A stretch of DNA of 63,588 bases, filler included, from Octopus bimaculoides (taxonomy: Eukaryota), in assembly GCF_001194135.2 (NCBI RefSeq). It is 5 parts of 3 records of this genome, joined end to end, with 100 filler letters (N's around TTAATTAATTAA, not from the genome) between each part and the next. Parts side by side here need not be neighbours in the genome. Positions count along the whole stretch, not along the records: positions 50,412 to 56,772 come from NC_068984.1; positions 56,873 to 63,588 come from NC_068981.1; 3 more parts are not named here. The stretch is one strand, 5' to 3'. This document shows, in pieces, positions 51,212-63,588 of this stretch (within the stretch, counting starts at the first letter, position 1; the number at the start of each line of letters is the position of its first letter). The notes under the pieces were generated by a model that searched no databases, was not told where the DNA came from, and saw nothing but the letters and a program-made list of their open reading frames with translations. The translations under genes were made by a program, and so were the position numbers.

Positions 51212-51282
51212 GAAAACTTGTGGTTTGGTTTTTTTGACTGCTATGTTAGCATGCCGGTACTGCCTGTTAGTACCCTTAATTA

Positions 51283-52382
51283 CACTGAGTAAAAACAAAC
51301 AAAAACTATTGTCTGCTACTCAGACAACTGGTGCTGTACTAAACTAAACTGAGTACGCTGATTCCGAATCTGAACCCAGAATTGCTGTAGCATGTCAGGA
51401 TTTTGAATTACGCGTATAATTATATATTAATACTAAATTAGTATCAGGAATAGTTAAGTTCAAGATAAATAATTATTACAATAGTATATTAATACTGTAT
51501 ATAGTATATTTATGTTCAAAGCAAATAGTATTATAATATAATGGTACATAGTATATTTATGCTAAAGGAATACTCACTTTATTTTTGATATGATCAGCTC
51601 AGAAATGTTTGAGACACTTGCTCTTACGCTTATGCACGATGCTGGTCGCCCGTTGTAGGAACCAGTAGTAGTCACCCAGCATGTGTGGATTGAACACCGG
51701 CCTTGATACTTCGTTTCCATCTCAGATATGTCCTGGTGGAATCCCTCATCATGCTTATCACTAATGATACCAAGATTCGGTGGAAAAAAATTGAGATGAG
51801 AATGCAAGAAGTGCATTTTAAGGGACATTCGGCATCCCATTCTTTCATACGCAGTTAGAATGTTGTTTATTAAATCAGCATAGTTTTCAACTCTATGATT
51901 TTCAAGAAAGTTCTGTACAAATAACACGAATGAATCCCATGCCGTCAGCTCAACTGAATTCAGTTTACCTCTGAATTTGCTATCAGACATAAATTATCCG
52001 ATCTTGGGTCCAATGAAAATGCTTGCTTTCAGTTTTGCGTCACTTTTCTCTGCATCAAATTTTACTTTTAAGTACTGGAAGCCACAACCATCGCGTGTTA
52101 TTGCTTTTACGAAGTTTTCCATGAGGCCGAGTTTGATGTGAAGGGGTGGAATGAAGATCTTTTGCGGGTCTACCAGTGGCATATGCTTCACATTGTACGG
52201 ACCATCTATGCTTTCGTATCTTTTAAGCCAGTCTTTTACAGTGTAATGATTCCTGTCGTCGCGGCTGTTCCAAACGCACAAAAACCACATATTTTTGGTA
52301 TATCCTAGCTGCAGTCCTAGGAGGAGGGAAATCACTTTTAAATCATCACAAATATTCCACTTATGAACTGAGAAATTAACTT
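51283..52382 (-). mobile_element. Chapaev3-like DNA transposon, 3' half, degenerate
   Basis: HKWNICDDLKVISLLLGLQLGYTK..FLC.WNSR, PPLHIKLGLMENFVKA, GCRMSLKMHFLHSHLNFFPPNLG.ISDKHDEGFHQDI. Terminus CACTGAGT at 51283. The subterminal CTAAACTGAGTA.G.TGATT..GAATC motif is shared with the 3283 end. Confidence 0.8.
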
Positions 52383-52384
52383 CT

Positions 52385-52925
52385 TAGATATTTCATTTGA
52401 TATTTCCTTTAATCGTGATTCACTGTAACCTTGTTTGACATAATGACATACAAAAGCGTTTGCATGTTTCCAGTAATCCCCTATGTCAGTACATATCCGT
52501 TTTATCCTCAAAAATTGGGATTTCAGATTTGACCGAATAAGATGATGTGGATGATCGGAGCGGCGGTGGAGATAAATGTGGGATGACGTGGGCTTGCAAA
52601 ATAACTCTGTCATTATTCTGCCTCCAGAAACTTGACTTTTGTGTCCAAAAATTCAACGCTAGTTTTTGAAAAACTAGACGTAAATTTTATGTTGGACTTA
52701 AGGCCATAGTTTCTAGCATCACAGTCACAGAAATGCAAGAAGTCTATTAAATTACCCTGTGATACTTCCCAGAAAAAATACGTTGTCAATGAACCGTAAC
52801 CAGAGTATTAGTTCATGACCATGAAGAGATTTGAATGTCTTCAGTAACTGTGTCTCGAATTTCATCATAAAGACATTAGCGAAATTAACTGCCATGGGGG
52901 TACCCATGGCGCTATTTCTGAGGGG
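52385..52925 (-). mobile_element. Penelope-like element RT fragment
   Basis: AMGTPMAVNFANVFM, WLRFIDNVF, ELFCKPTSSHIYLHRRSDHP..LIRSNLKSQFLRIKRICT are characteristic Penelope RT and thumb motifs. Confidence 0.85.
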
Positions 52926-54769
52926 TAGCGCAGAGGTGGCGAATACTGACATCGCATTTCTCCTCTACTGCTGCCTGACTGTCGTACCTTGCCCCACCTT
53001 ATGTCTGGCTATATGGAAGTGCTTGCACTTCCGCTTTCTCTAGAGGGTATGGGTTCTGCTGGTCAAACAGTTCATTTGATGTCAACATTCGCTGTCGTGA
53101 CTGACAATGTGTAGAAGTACACTGAGACTACGATATCTCCAGAGTTTTGCCATTTGTCAGACACGCTTTTCTGAAGCTCGTCTCTTTGACAATGGTGTAG
53201 TACTGGATCAAGCGTAGACCGAGACAGAGCGTTTGGCACATAGACTTTAATCAGGTGCTCACAGCCCTATTACTAATCGAACAATGCGGTTGGCGAAAGT
53301 CCCATCACGGCGTTCTATAGAAAACTTGTGGGCAAGAGCGACGACATCCGCAAAGAAAAAAATCTCGTCATTGATGAATATCAATTGCCTGGTTCTTCCG
53401 GAGGACTATCGGAGAATTTACAGAAATTCTGGTCTGACAGTGCTGCCAAGAGTCATTGCCGGTTCGGCAAAAGGAATTTATAAGCATGTTAGCAACGTTA
53501 GTTGGGGCTGTCCGAAATGTACGTTGAGCAACAAAACTGTTTTGCACGTCCTCATACAATGATCCGAGTAATACTGACTTGTGGAATTATGTCGAACAGT
53601 TGCTATCGCGTGTAAGGACAGATCTTATCCGGTGACATCCGTCGTGAATATCGTCACACCACCTTCCTTTAGAGGGCAAGGGTAGGCGTTAATATTTTTG
53701 CTGTCCAGTGATTAAGGTGAAAGAGATTGTGCAGTGGGCGAGACTGAAAGGTTTGAGAGCAGATAACTTCCTTTTCGGCCAGTCATCGACTTTATTGAAT
53801 TACATTAAAAAGGAAGGTTCTCAGTGGAGAAGGAGGTGCTGCTCTCCAATATATTCGTTGAAAGATATCTGAATGTGGCGAGGATGGCCCAAATGAGTGA
53901 GCCTGCTCTGAGCTTGCGCGCATCCGCTGGAAAGAATGGATGGGGAAGAGGTGCTTCCCTATGGTGCCGTTGCCGGTCGGAGTAATCCAAGATTGGTGTT
54001 GTTCTTTGGTTGCTACCGAGTAGTGCTCCGTCCTATTTGTGAATTTTGCTGTTATCAATTTTCTTGTTAATTGTTATTGCTTTATTGTTTCTACGTGTAT
54101 TAGTAACTCACCACTGTCCTTTGTCTGTATTGTCATAAACGTCTTTTTTTCGGCCCTTGTGGTCAATAACGAAAAGATAATAGTGATTGATAAACACGTT
54201 TCTCCAACTGTTCACTCACTTATCTACTGTTATTCATATGGAATGTATTACACGCTTTTTTTAATCTGCTGTCAAATATATTTCTTTTATATATCCGGTT
54301 TGATAACAAAATAAACAAAATGAAGCTGAAAACAATCCTCCATTGTTCTGCGTTAACAAAAGAAAAATATCACGAAAAAGGAAAGAATAGAAATTGCATA
54401 AATTAATAGATATTTTCACATCATAAAGTGAAAGTTTCCTCACAATAAAAAAGCTTTGACAGTCATGAATTCTCGTGTTTCTCTTTCCTTTTGTTCAACC
54501 TTTGATCTATAGATTATTAGGAATAGCTAAGAATGAGATTCAAACTTGCTCGACCACTCTGTGCACGTTGAAAGGTGGAGACATATACACACACAAGCGC
54601 GCGCATATATATTTATGTATTATTCTTTATCAAGAACAGTGCTAACAGTGACTTCCTAGTGGCGCCGTAATTTTGAAGTCATTATCAACACAATTCTTGT
54701 GAGAGAATAATAAATATGTACTCTACAAAAAAGTATTGAGTAATATTTCAACTAGAAAAAAAAACATTA

Positions 54770-54817
<48 letters not shown>

Positions 54818-54838
54818 CTTTCTATATCCATATATATA

Positions 54839-56159
54839 TTAGGTCGTCAAGTATGAAATTTGTAGAAAAGAAAAAAAGTTTGCTAATGTTTTATAAATAC
54901 AAGGAATAGTTTTATTCATCAAAGTATGCACCCATATTGTCAATACACTTTTGTTATTTCAGCGGTAGCTTGTCCATCTGTAAAAGCCTGGCAATCTAGA
55001 GTCAATAAAATATTGGAAGGCCTGTTTTACAGCATCGTCGGAATTAAATTTTTGTCCTATCAAAAAGTTATCCAAATTCTGGAAGAAGTGGTAGTCAGTG
55101 GGAGCAAGATCAGGTGAGAATGGTGGATGANNNNNNNNNNGTGGTAGTCAGTGGGAGCAAGATCAGGTGAGAATGGTGGATGATGGAGAACTTCCAGCTC
55201 CAACTCCTGTAGTTTCGCCAATGTCATTTTTGCGTTGTGTGGTCTGGCGTTGTCTTGTAATAAAAAGGAGTGCATCTGTTGACTAATCTAGGCTGTTTTT
55301 GTAAGTTTCTGCATCATTTGGTCCAGTTGGCAGCAGTATACTTCGGCCGTGATTAATGAGCCAAGTTTAATGAAATCATAATAGATCACACCTGCGCCAG
55401 ACCACCAAACACACACCACCAGCTTCTCTTGATGAATTTTGCTATTTTGACTGTTTGGTGGCTCGTCTTCGTTCAACCATTGTGCTGAACGTTTACGGTT
55501 GTTGTATTGGATCCATTTTTCCTCACAGATTACAATTCGATTAAACAATGATTCATTTTTGTGATGAGAAAGTAGCATAATGCAGGCTTCCAAACGTTGT
55601 TTCTGATTCTCATTGAGTTCATGTGGACCCTCACGTATCCAACTTTTTCACTTTACCGATTTGAACTAGGTGAGTCAATATTGTTTGCTTGCTAACACCA
55701 AACAACAACAATAATTCACGGACACTTTGAGATGGATTTGACTCGACGGTGGCTTTCAGTTGTCATTATTCACCTTTGTTTCTTGGTCGACCGCGCTGCT
55801 CATTTGTGAGGTCAAAGTTACCAGAACGAAATTTTGCTAACTAATTTGATACTGTCTGCTGTGTAATAACATTAGAATGAAATACTCCATTAATATTCCG
55901 AGCTGTCTGTGATGCTGTATTTCCAAGAAAGAACTCATATTTCAAAACTGTACAAATTTCCGACTTATCCATCTCTAAACAAAAATAACAAAAAACGATT
56001 TATAAATACTTTATAAAGCGCAAGATAAGTTAGTATAAAGAAATAGATGTGTCAGCTTTCTAACAAAAAATAAAGATTGTCAAAATATGATAATGGCGCA
56101 AAATGAGCAGCTGTCAAAGTTTACCATATACCTTACAACAAATTTCATACTTGACCTAA
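54839..56159 (-). mobile_element. mariner (DD34D-type) DNA transposon, full extent, inactive
   Basis: TIRs TTAGGTC(GT)CAAGTATGAAATTTGT / ACAAATTTCATACTTGACCTAA with TA flanks. Motifs IVICEEKWIQYNN, LLQDNARPH and HPPFSPDLAPTDYH are split by frameshifts. Confidence 0.92.
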
Positions 56160-56886
56160 TAATTATAAGAAACATACAACATCACTAAATGATTTTCTCT
56201 GGAAACTAAAACCAGATAACATCAACTATGAACTGTCCTGGGCACTTGTAAGGCACAAACAACCATACAACTCACTTTCTAGGAGGTGTGGGTTGTGCTC
56301 AGAAGAATCTTTGTCCATTTTCCTAACTATGTGTATGTGCACGCGCGCACTTGTATGAGTGTACCTATATTTGTGTGTGTATGAGTTGGTGTATGTGTAA
56401 ATATAGATGATGCGTATATGTACATACTCCGAATGGCACGAGAGCGTATATAAGTGAGCGTATGTCCGTGTGTATGTCAGCGTATACTTGTACGCGTCTA
56501 TATACGTGCCGGTATGTACGTAAAAAACAAACAAAAAAGATCAGAATGAATTATATAGAAATATCTACACGCATAATAAAATAAGTATATAAAAAATTAA
56601 ATTCTATCTCTCAGCGATTCTCTCCCCTTGAGGGAAGTTTCACCCCCTCTTCAATTTCTTACCAGTCCCTATTTCTCTCTGGTCCTAAAGCTGAAAACAA
56701 CCATAGAGAGCGACAGCAGCAACGGCGGTTATCAATCATTTTTCATACGTATATATATATATATATATATATNNNNNNNNNNNNNNNNNNNNNNNNNNNN
56801 NNNNNNNNNNNNNNNNTTAATTAATTAANNNNNNNNNNNNNNNNNNNNNNNNNNNNNNNNNNNNNNNNNNNNATATATATACATAC

Positions 56887-56925
<39 letters not shown>

Positions 56926-57076
56926 TACCACACACACATATATATATATGTACATATACATATACATACATACAAATGTGTGTGTGTGACCAGCGGGTAT
57001 TCATGAAACTCGGAGTAGCAAGAGAGAATAATCTCATATAGTAAAATATATTCTGTGTGTGTTTGCATGTGTGCGA

Positions 57077-57107
<31 letters not shown>

Positions 57108-57762
57108 AGTATGTGAAAGAAAGAGAGAGGAGAGATAAAGGGAGTGAGAGGGAGAAAGAGAAAGAAAAAGAGAGTGAGAGAAAGAAAAAGTGACAGAAAG
57201 AGTGAGGCAGAGGGAGAGGGAAGGAGACAGTTTCTGTAATTCTCGTGGCATCATTGATCTACGCACAAAACGCTTCTCTCCAAGCTGCAAGACAGGGAAA
57301 ACCATTTTAAAAAAAATATATATTTAGGGAAGGTAAATAAGTACCTGTGCACGCAAATCTCTCACTTTTCGCCAGAGAAGTCCTTTAACAGAAAGACAAG
57401 GCTCGTTATAACTTGGCACCAGTATTATTGCGGACACTGCTACAATAACGCAAGGAGCCAGTAATAAATACGGTAAAATACACGTCATCCGCTGCTCTAA
57501 CAGTTTCCTCTACCCGGCGCCCGGGACAAAGTATTTTTTTCTATTTACTTCCATCACCTTCAATGACTACGCACCAATCAAAACTTCTATGTTGACCAAA
57601 CTCTTCAATTTTTGTGTTTCTTTATACAAATTTACTCCTAGATTCTTTGGAAACACGCTACAGTATGTTCCATTCCTAAGAACGTCAACTTTTCTAAGTT
57701 TCACAACTCTTGTTGCCAGCAGCTAAAATATAACAGAGGAACAACCATTAACAGTAGACAGT

Positions 57763-57905
57763 GGAGGCGCGTGGTTTAGCGGTTAGGGTTTTGGACTCAT
57801 GAACATAACATTGTGGTTTCGACCGGGCGGTATGTTGTGTTCTTGAGCAAAACATTTCATTTCATGTTGCTCCAGTCCACTCAGCTGGCAAAAATGAGTA
57901 ATCAT
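57763..57905 (+). mobile_element. SINE family D, 5' part
   Basis: GGAGGCGCGTGGTTTAGCGGTTAGGG...GGTTTCGA...TTGAGCAAAACATTTCATTTC...CAGCTGGCAAAAATGAGT. Confidence 0.75.
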
Positions 57906-58059
57906 GAGGTGGGGGATCTACAGACCATGCAACCAGGAAACCGGCCCTTATAGAGTGGCGTGACTCGAGATGGTAACTTTACCTTTTATCTCACACCTTG
58001 AATCTCTGTTCCTATTTTACTAGCGACCAGTACCACTTCGCTCGCTAAAACAGATCCAT

Positions 58060-58380
58060 TGAGACCAATTCTCTTACTTCAGTCTCCAGTGTTCTTTCAG
58101 CTTAGAGAAAGTTAGTGAAAGTTGTGCTGCTATTGCTTGTGACACTGGTAAATATTGATACCGTGTCTCACATACGATGTTTTTCAAGAGAAACTGACCA
58201 CTTTTGTTTTTTCCATCCATCCCGTCTCCCATCTCTTGGATGACTAACTTCATATCAGTTCAAACCTCATGGCATGAGTTGACGGAACTGTTTTTGTCCT
58301 ACACAAACACCCTTATCGACTGTTATGCACCTCAAGATTCGGTTCTGTCGTCAAGCCTCTTCGTTCTGTACATCATCATT
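58060..58380 (+). mobile_element. Degenerate Jockey/CR1-group LINE RT fragment
   Basis: PSPISWMTNFIS...APQDSVLSSSLFVLYI resembles ISWI.NFLS...VPQGSVLSPTLFLLFI. Confidence 0.5.
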
Positions 58381-58425
58381 CTCATCGACGCCGCCGTCGT
58401 TGTCACTACCGCCGCCGCCACCACC

Positions 58426-58457
<32 letters not shown>

Positions 58458-59446
58458 CAACAACAACACACAAGCACACTTCGTTCGTTCGTTCGTTCGT
58501 TCGTTCCTTTCTCCTTCCTTCCTTCCTTTCTTCCTTCCTTCCTTCCTTCCTCTTTCTCTCTCTCGCTCTTAAAGTGTCCTCTATAACAAATGATAACTCA
58601 GAGGAAAAGCTTGTCACTATATATTTTCCAATGTGCATCGTTACATAGTATTTGCAATGTAATTTCTAGTATATCTAGCCCCTACATGGTCCCTAGAAAT
58701 TGCAGTCAAATTTTTCTCAAATCACATCCATCACTCTTAGAAAAAGATCATGTGATCCTGACACTTTTGCACATTGAAAAAAATCACAGGATGGTCACAG
58801 TTGGAATGCCTTTAAGCGCAGATCTGTTCCTCAGAGCTACTGTTAAACTACAACAGCTGTTGTTCATTAACCTGCTCAATCTTAATCGTTCACGTTTCTG
58901 ATGAAAGACATTTAACCATGAACTTCCGTGAACTTATAATACATTCTCGTTAAAGGTTTTTGTTTAATACTTGTCTGGGTAGTCATTCTTTACTGTAAAC
59001 CCTGAAGCAATCCAAATCTTCTAAATGTTCAGGATTTACAGTTTATATGTTTCATAATTTGTATTAGTGATTGATACATACGCCATGCGGGAATGTATGG
59101 GTGTGTGTGCGTGTGTGTGCGTGTGTGTATGTGGGTGTGTATTCTGTTTATGCATGGATGAATATATGCATAGTTGATTCAACGATCGAAACCAAAAACG
59201 TACATACATACATACATACATACATGCATACTTGCACGCGCGCGCACACACACACATGTATATATGCATGTATGTATGTATGTATGCCTGTCTGTTTGTC
59301 TGTCTGTATGTATGTATGCCCGTATGTAAATATGTATAATCGTATTTATGTACATATATAAACTATAGTAAATATGCGAATAATGGATTTAGCACTAAGA
59401 CACTAATAATATTAATAATGATACTAAATATGTGGAGGAGGAGAAA

Positions 59447-59520
59447 AAGAAGAAGAAGAAGAAGAAGAAGAAGAAGAAGAAGAAGAAGAAGAAGAAGAAG
59501 AAGAAGAAGAAGAAGAAGAA
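59447..59520. repeat. (GAA)n microsatellite
   Basis: Direct reading. Confidence 0.95.
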
Positions 59521-60425
59521 ATGAGTGTACAATACGTGGGAAACTAATATTTGAGGCTCTCGAAAGAATTTTCCAAGATCTCGCAGGATACACTAACATT
59601 GTAGGTAGAGTTACCGTCTTGCTATTTCAGGATTCTAGGCAAACTGTCATTCTTCCCTAAAGGTACATCTGCTGAGGAGTTGAGAGCCCGTCTCAAAGAA
59701 ACCTATGTTTGAAACGAAAGGAAAAATTTCCCTTTTCAAGTAATGGTAAGAATTGTAGTAACAGAAACGTCTCAACAATCCAGTTAACAAAAGATTTTTT
59801 TTTTCAATTTGTGAAAGTGTTTAGTTTATTAGTTGACCGTGAGTGGAAATGTCAAAATATTCAACAAGTGAAACAATCTTGTACTTATTTGTACTTGCGG
59901 CGGCATTCACTGGAAGTGGATTGAGCAGGCTCCGACCGCCGAGTTCACTACGTCCCTCAGAATGCTGACTACATTCGACGGTCGGCCGAAGCTCCGAGGC
60001 ATCAAGGTGCGCGGAAGCCGTAGCCGTAGCCGAAGTCGTCATGCGCTGTTGAGGTGTAGAGTTGTTTGGAAATTTAGTGGGAATACAAGTTCGCACGTAT
60101 TTCTCCGGTCACATACAGTGAAACAATCATCAACACATCTCGAGAGTTGCTATTAAAATTTTATCCCGATTCCAACAGAATTATAGTGGATTTCTGAACG
60201 TGCAAATCAAGCTAAAAAAAAAGCAAAACGACGCTGTGCTGCGTATAAGATAGTCACTATCGTTCATCACGTACCAGTCCTATCTAGGTGATACAAATTA
60301 ATTTACATTGTTGTTGATATTAACGATGCTGCTAAATGTCCAAGAGAGTTTCTTAATTCTCTTCAGTCCTCCTTCCGTACAGTCACCAACTGAAAGTGGC
60401 AGCACCTAATTTTTGTTTCGAAATA

Positions 60426-60820
60426 GGCGCAGGAGTGGCTGTGTGGTAAGTAGCTTTCCTACCAGCCACATGGTTCTGGGTTCAGTCCCACTGCGTGGCA
60501 TCTTGGGCAAGTGTCTTCTACAATAGTCTCGGGCCGACCAAAGCCTTGTGAGTGGATTTGGTAGACGGAAACTGAAAGAAGCCCGTCGTATATATGTATA
60601 TATATGTATATGTGTGTGTGTGTTTGTGTCTTTGTTTGTCCCCCTAGCATTGCTTGACAACTGATGCTGGTGTGTTTATGTCCCCGTCAGCTAGCGGTTC
60701 GGCAAAAGAGACCGATAGAATAAGTACTAGGCTTCCAAAGAATAAGTCCCGGGGTCGGTTTGCTCGACTAAAGGCGGTGCTCCAGCATGGCCGCAGTCAA
60801 ATGACTGAAACAAGAAAAAA
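60426..60820 (+). mobile_element. SINE family B, full length, best-preserved copy
   Basis: GGCGCAGGAGTGGCTGTGTGGTAAG...GGGTTCAGTCCC...CAAATGACTGAAACAAG. Confidence 0.92.
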
Positions 60821-62029
60821 ATATGGATGCTCGAAAAGTCTTTAGCAGCTAATCGTGTACAAGGTTAACAACGAAATATCTTGTTCCATGTAATCGAATC
60901 CTCCATAATAACAGGTTGTATCATGGGGAAAATGTTTTCATTTCAAACAGTCTCTTCATCCCATCCATTTTTTTTTTCAGTCAACTGACTTCAGTTTCTA
61001 GTCTGACCATCAGTAATCCCGGAGATGAACTAGCGAGTTCATGGTTCTCACGGTCAATTCTATGTTGCATGCTTGTGTGTCGGGCGAAGCATGAATAATT
61101 TTCATTTGAACATTAAACCACAGAAAAGAGAAATGCAGTCTTCAGAGCTCTTCCTCAATAAAACTCATCCGTGCGAGAAATTTTCGCGTTGAATGCGTTG
61201 CATATTACTTTAAACTTACAAGTAAATATATAACGCAAAATATTTTCTTAAGTTATAATTGTGAATATAAACAATATCAAAAATTTTACACATCAGAGAA
61301 ACCGGGAAATATTCAACTTAAAATCTCTATCTGTATTACAATTATAACAAATCTGTAAATATATTACATACTTGTATTAAGTACATAACAAATTGCTTTA
61401 AATTAAATTAAGTTTCACAAAATATGTCACCCGAGTAACATCGCATACCTCTGCTTGTGTGTGTGCATATGTGTGTGTGTGTGCGTGTGTATGTTATGTC
61501 TCAAGCTACTGCTATCTAGCACCTTCGGATGATCTCTACTCAACCGTTACTCGGCAGCTATTCAACAGTGACTCAACTCCTCTACCACGGCTAGACTACC
61601 TCTATTTATATGTCTTGGACGATCCTACTTCTTCGCTTGGGGGCGTCGACTCAACAGTGTATTTATGCATAACCTGGGTTTAAAAACAACAATAACAACA
61701 GCAAAAATATCCAACACGCTTCCTAGATAAGACAACCTTCTCGGTCAATGTTGTCCGCTGAGAAACCTAAGTTTCATCACAGGTAAAATAGTGATAAATG
61801 TAACTATTCTTCATTAAGGATCAAAACAGTCGTACGGTAAGTCCTTAATCATAACTTTACTCAGTCCAGGTTGACCAAAAACTGGACAACGAAACGACAA
61901 TTTTGCTACTCCTTTCTCTACTCCTTTCCCCTTTTGCAGGTGGCCACGGTTGGAATGAATTTGATCCGATGTCCTCAAAGATACCTTGGCACAAATCTAC
62001 ATCATCGGGCATGCCATGTCTACCACCAC

Positions 62030-63230
62030 TGTGAATAGCAACAACAGCAGCTGCACCACCACCACCACCATCATTATCATCGTCATCGTCATCATCATCA
62101 ACATCATGATCAATTTCATCATCATCATTATCATCATCATCATCCTCATCATCATCATCACTATCACCACCACAACCATGACTATCACCAACAGCAACAT
62201 CAACATCCTCCTCCTCCTCCTCCTCCTCATCCTCATCCTCATCCTCCTCATCATCATCATCATCATCTTCACCACCACTTCCACTACCTCATCGACACTC
62301 CTACTCCTCCAACTATCACCGTCACCACAACCACCATGACCACTACCTCCACACTATCACAATAACAACACCTTTATCAACATTATCGCCGCCACCACTC
62401 CCATCACCACCACCACAACCACCATCACCAACATCAACAGCAACACCATAGTGATGATGATGATGATGATGTCTGAACAACACTATCATCATCATCACCA
62501 CCAGTTCCCTCACCACCACCACCACCACCACCACCACCTCTGCCTCGCCACCGCCGTACCACATCCNNNNNNNNNNNNNNNNNNNNNNNNNNNNNNNNNN
62601 NNNNNNNNNNNNNNNNNNNNNNNNNNNNNNNNNNNNNNNNNNNNNNNNNNNNNNNNNNNNNNNNNNNNNNNNNNNNNNNNNNNNNNNNNNNNNNNNNNNN
62701 NNNNNNNNNNNNNNNNNNNNNNNNNNNNNNNNNNNNNNNNNNNNNNNNNNNNNNNNNNNNNNNNNNNNNNNNNNNNNNNNNNNNNNNNNNNNNNNNNNNN
62801 NNNNNNNNNNNNNNNNNNNNNNNNNNNNNNNNNNNNNNNNNNNNNNNNNNNNNNNNNNNNNNNNNNNNNNNNNNNNNNNNNNNNNNNNNNNNNNNNNNNN
62901 NNNNNNNNNNNNNNNNNNNNNNNNNNNNNNNNNNNNNNNNNNNNNNNNNNNNNNNNNNNNNNNNNNNNNNNNNNNNNNNNNNNNNNNNNNNNNNNNNNNN
63001 NNNNNNNNNNNNNNNNNNNNNNNNNNNNNNNNNNNNNNNNNNNNNNNNNNNNNNNNNNNNNNNNNNNNNNNNNCACCACCACCACTACCAACAGCAACAA
63101 CAACAGCAACAACAACATCATCATCATCATCATCATCATCATTAGCATCATCACAATCACCATCATCATCAGCACCACCAGTACCACCAGCACCACCATC
63201 ACCTTCATCATCATCATCATCTGCACATGT
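62030..63230. repeat. (CAT)/(CAC)/(CCT) low-complexity trinucleotide field spanning a gap
   Basis: Direct reading; explains the poly-I/H/M/T ORFs. Confidence 0.92.
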
Positions 63231-63492
63231 TCACGATCAACATACTCATCATCGGCGTCACCGTCATTATCCCCGACTGTGTCCCAACTGTCATCCAATA
63301 TTTTCCCGGCAATAGATCCACCACACTATCTGTTCATAGTTTATTAATTATGTATCGTGTTTCTTGCTCTTCACACGCATGCGCATGTAAACAGCATCAT
63401 TTGCTCCCACCCCCGTACATCTCTTTCCCATTCCCTCTGTCTTTCACATACATACATGCATGCACGATTTAAAAGACATTCATGCATACATA

Positions 63493-63504
63493 TATCTATG
63501 TCTA

Positions 63505-63555
<51 letters not shown>

Positions 63556-63588
63556 ATATCTATCTATCTATCTATCTATCTATATATA
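63493..63588. repeat. (TATC)n microsatellite
   Basis: Direct reading. Confidence 0.95.

Noticed and set aside
55088-55183. 43-bp direct duplication either side of a 10-N gap inside the mariner
   Set aside because: Unmerged contig overlap (assembly artefact).

Overview
AT-rich, microsatellite- and SINE-dense eukaryotic draft scaffold with about 14 N-gaps. The repeat content points to a coleoid cephalopod, most likely Octopus (inference, not a database result). The only host coding sequence I can support is three phase-compatible + strand exons (43964-44145, 47298-47504, 48865-49054) of a GRIP1/2-like multi-PDZ gene: PDZ3 C-half, Ser-rich linker, PDZ4 N-half. Most of the window is therefore probably intron. 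It holds decayed DNA transposons (full-length Tc1 and mariner copies, two Chapaev3-like halves, several MITEs), fragments of CR1/Jockey-like, R4/Dong-like and Penelope-like retroelements, and at least four tRNA-derived SINE families. The most interesting signals are structural RNA/DNA. First, a near-canonical minimal type I hammerhead ribozyme at 139-195. Second, a degenerate hammerhead in the spacer of a ~300-bp-arm inverted repeat (35697-36528). Third, an 88-bp-arm hairpin whose mismatches are strand-biased (11141-11343). Fourth, a foldback MITE with head-to-head TTAGGG repeats near its centre. Fifth, a 579-nt phase-symmetric exon block that could be skipped or back-spliced into chimeric PDZ domains. 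No prokaryote-type system (CRISPR, operon, rRNA, genuine tRNA gene) is supported.
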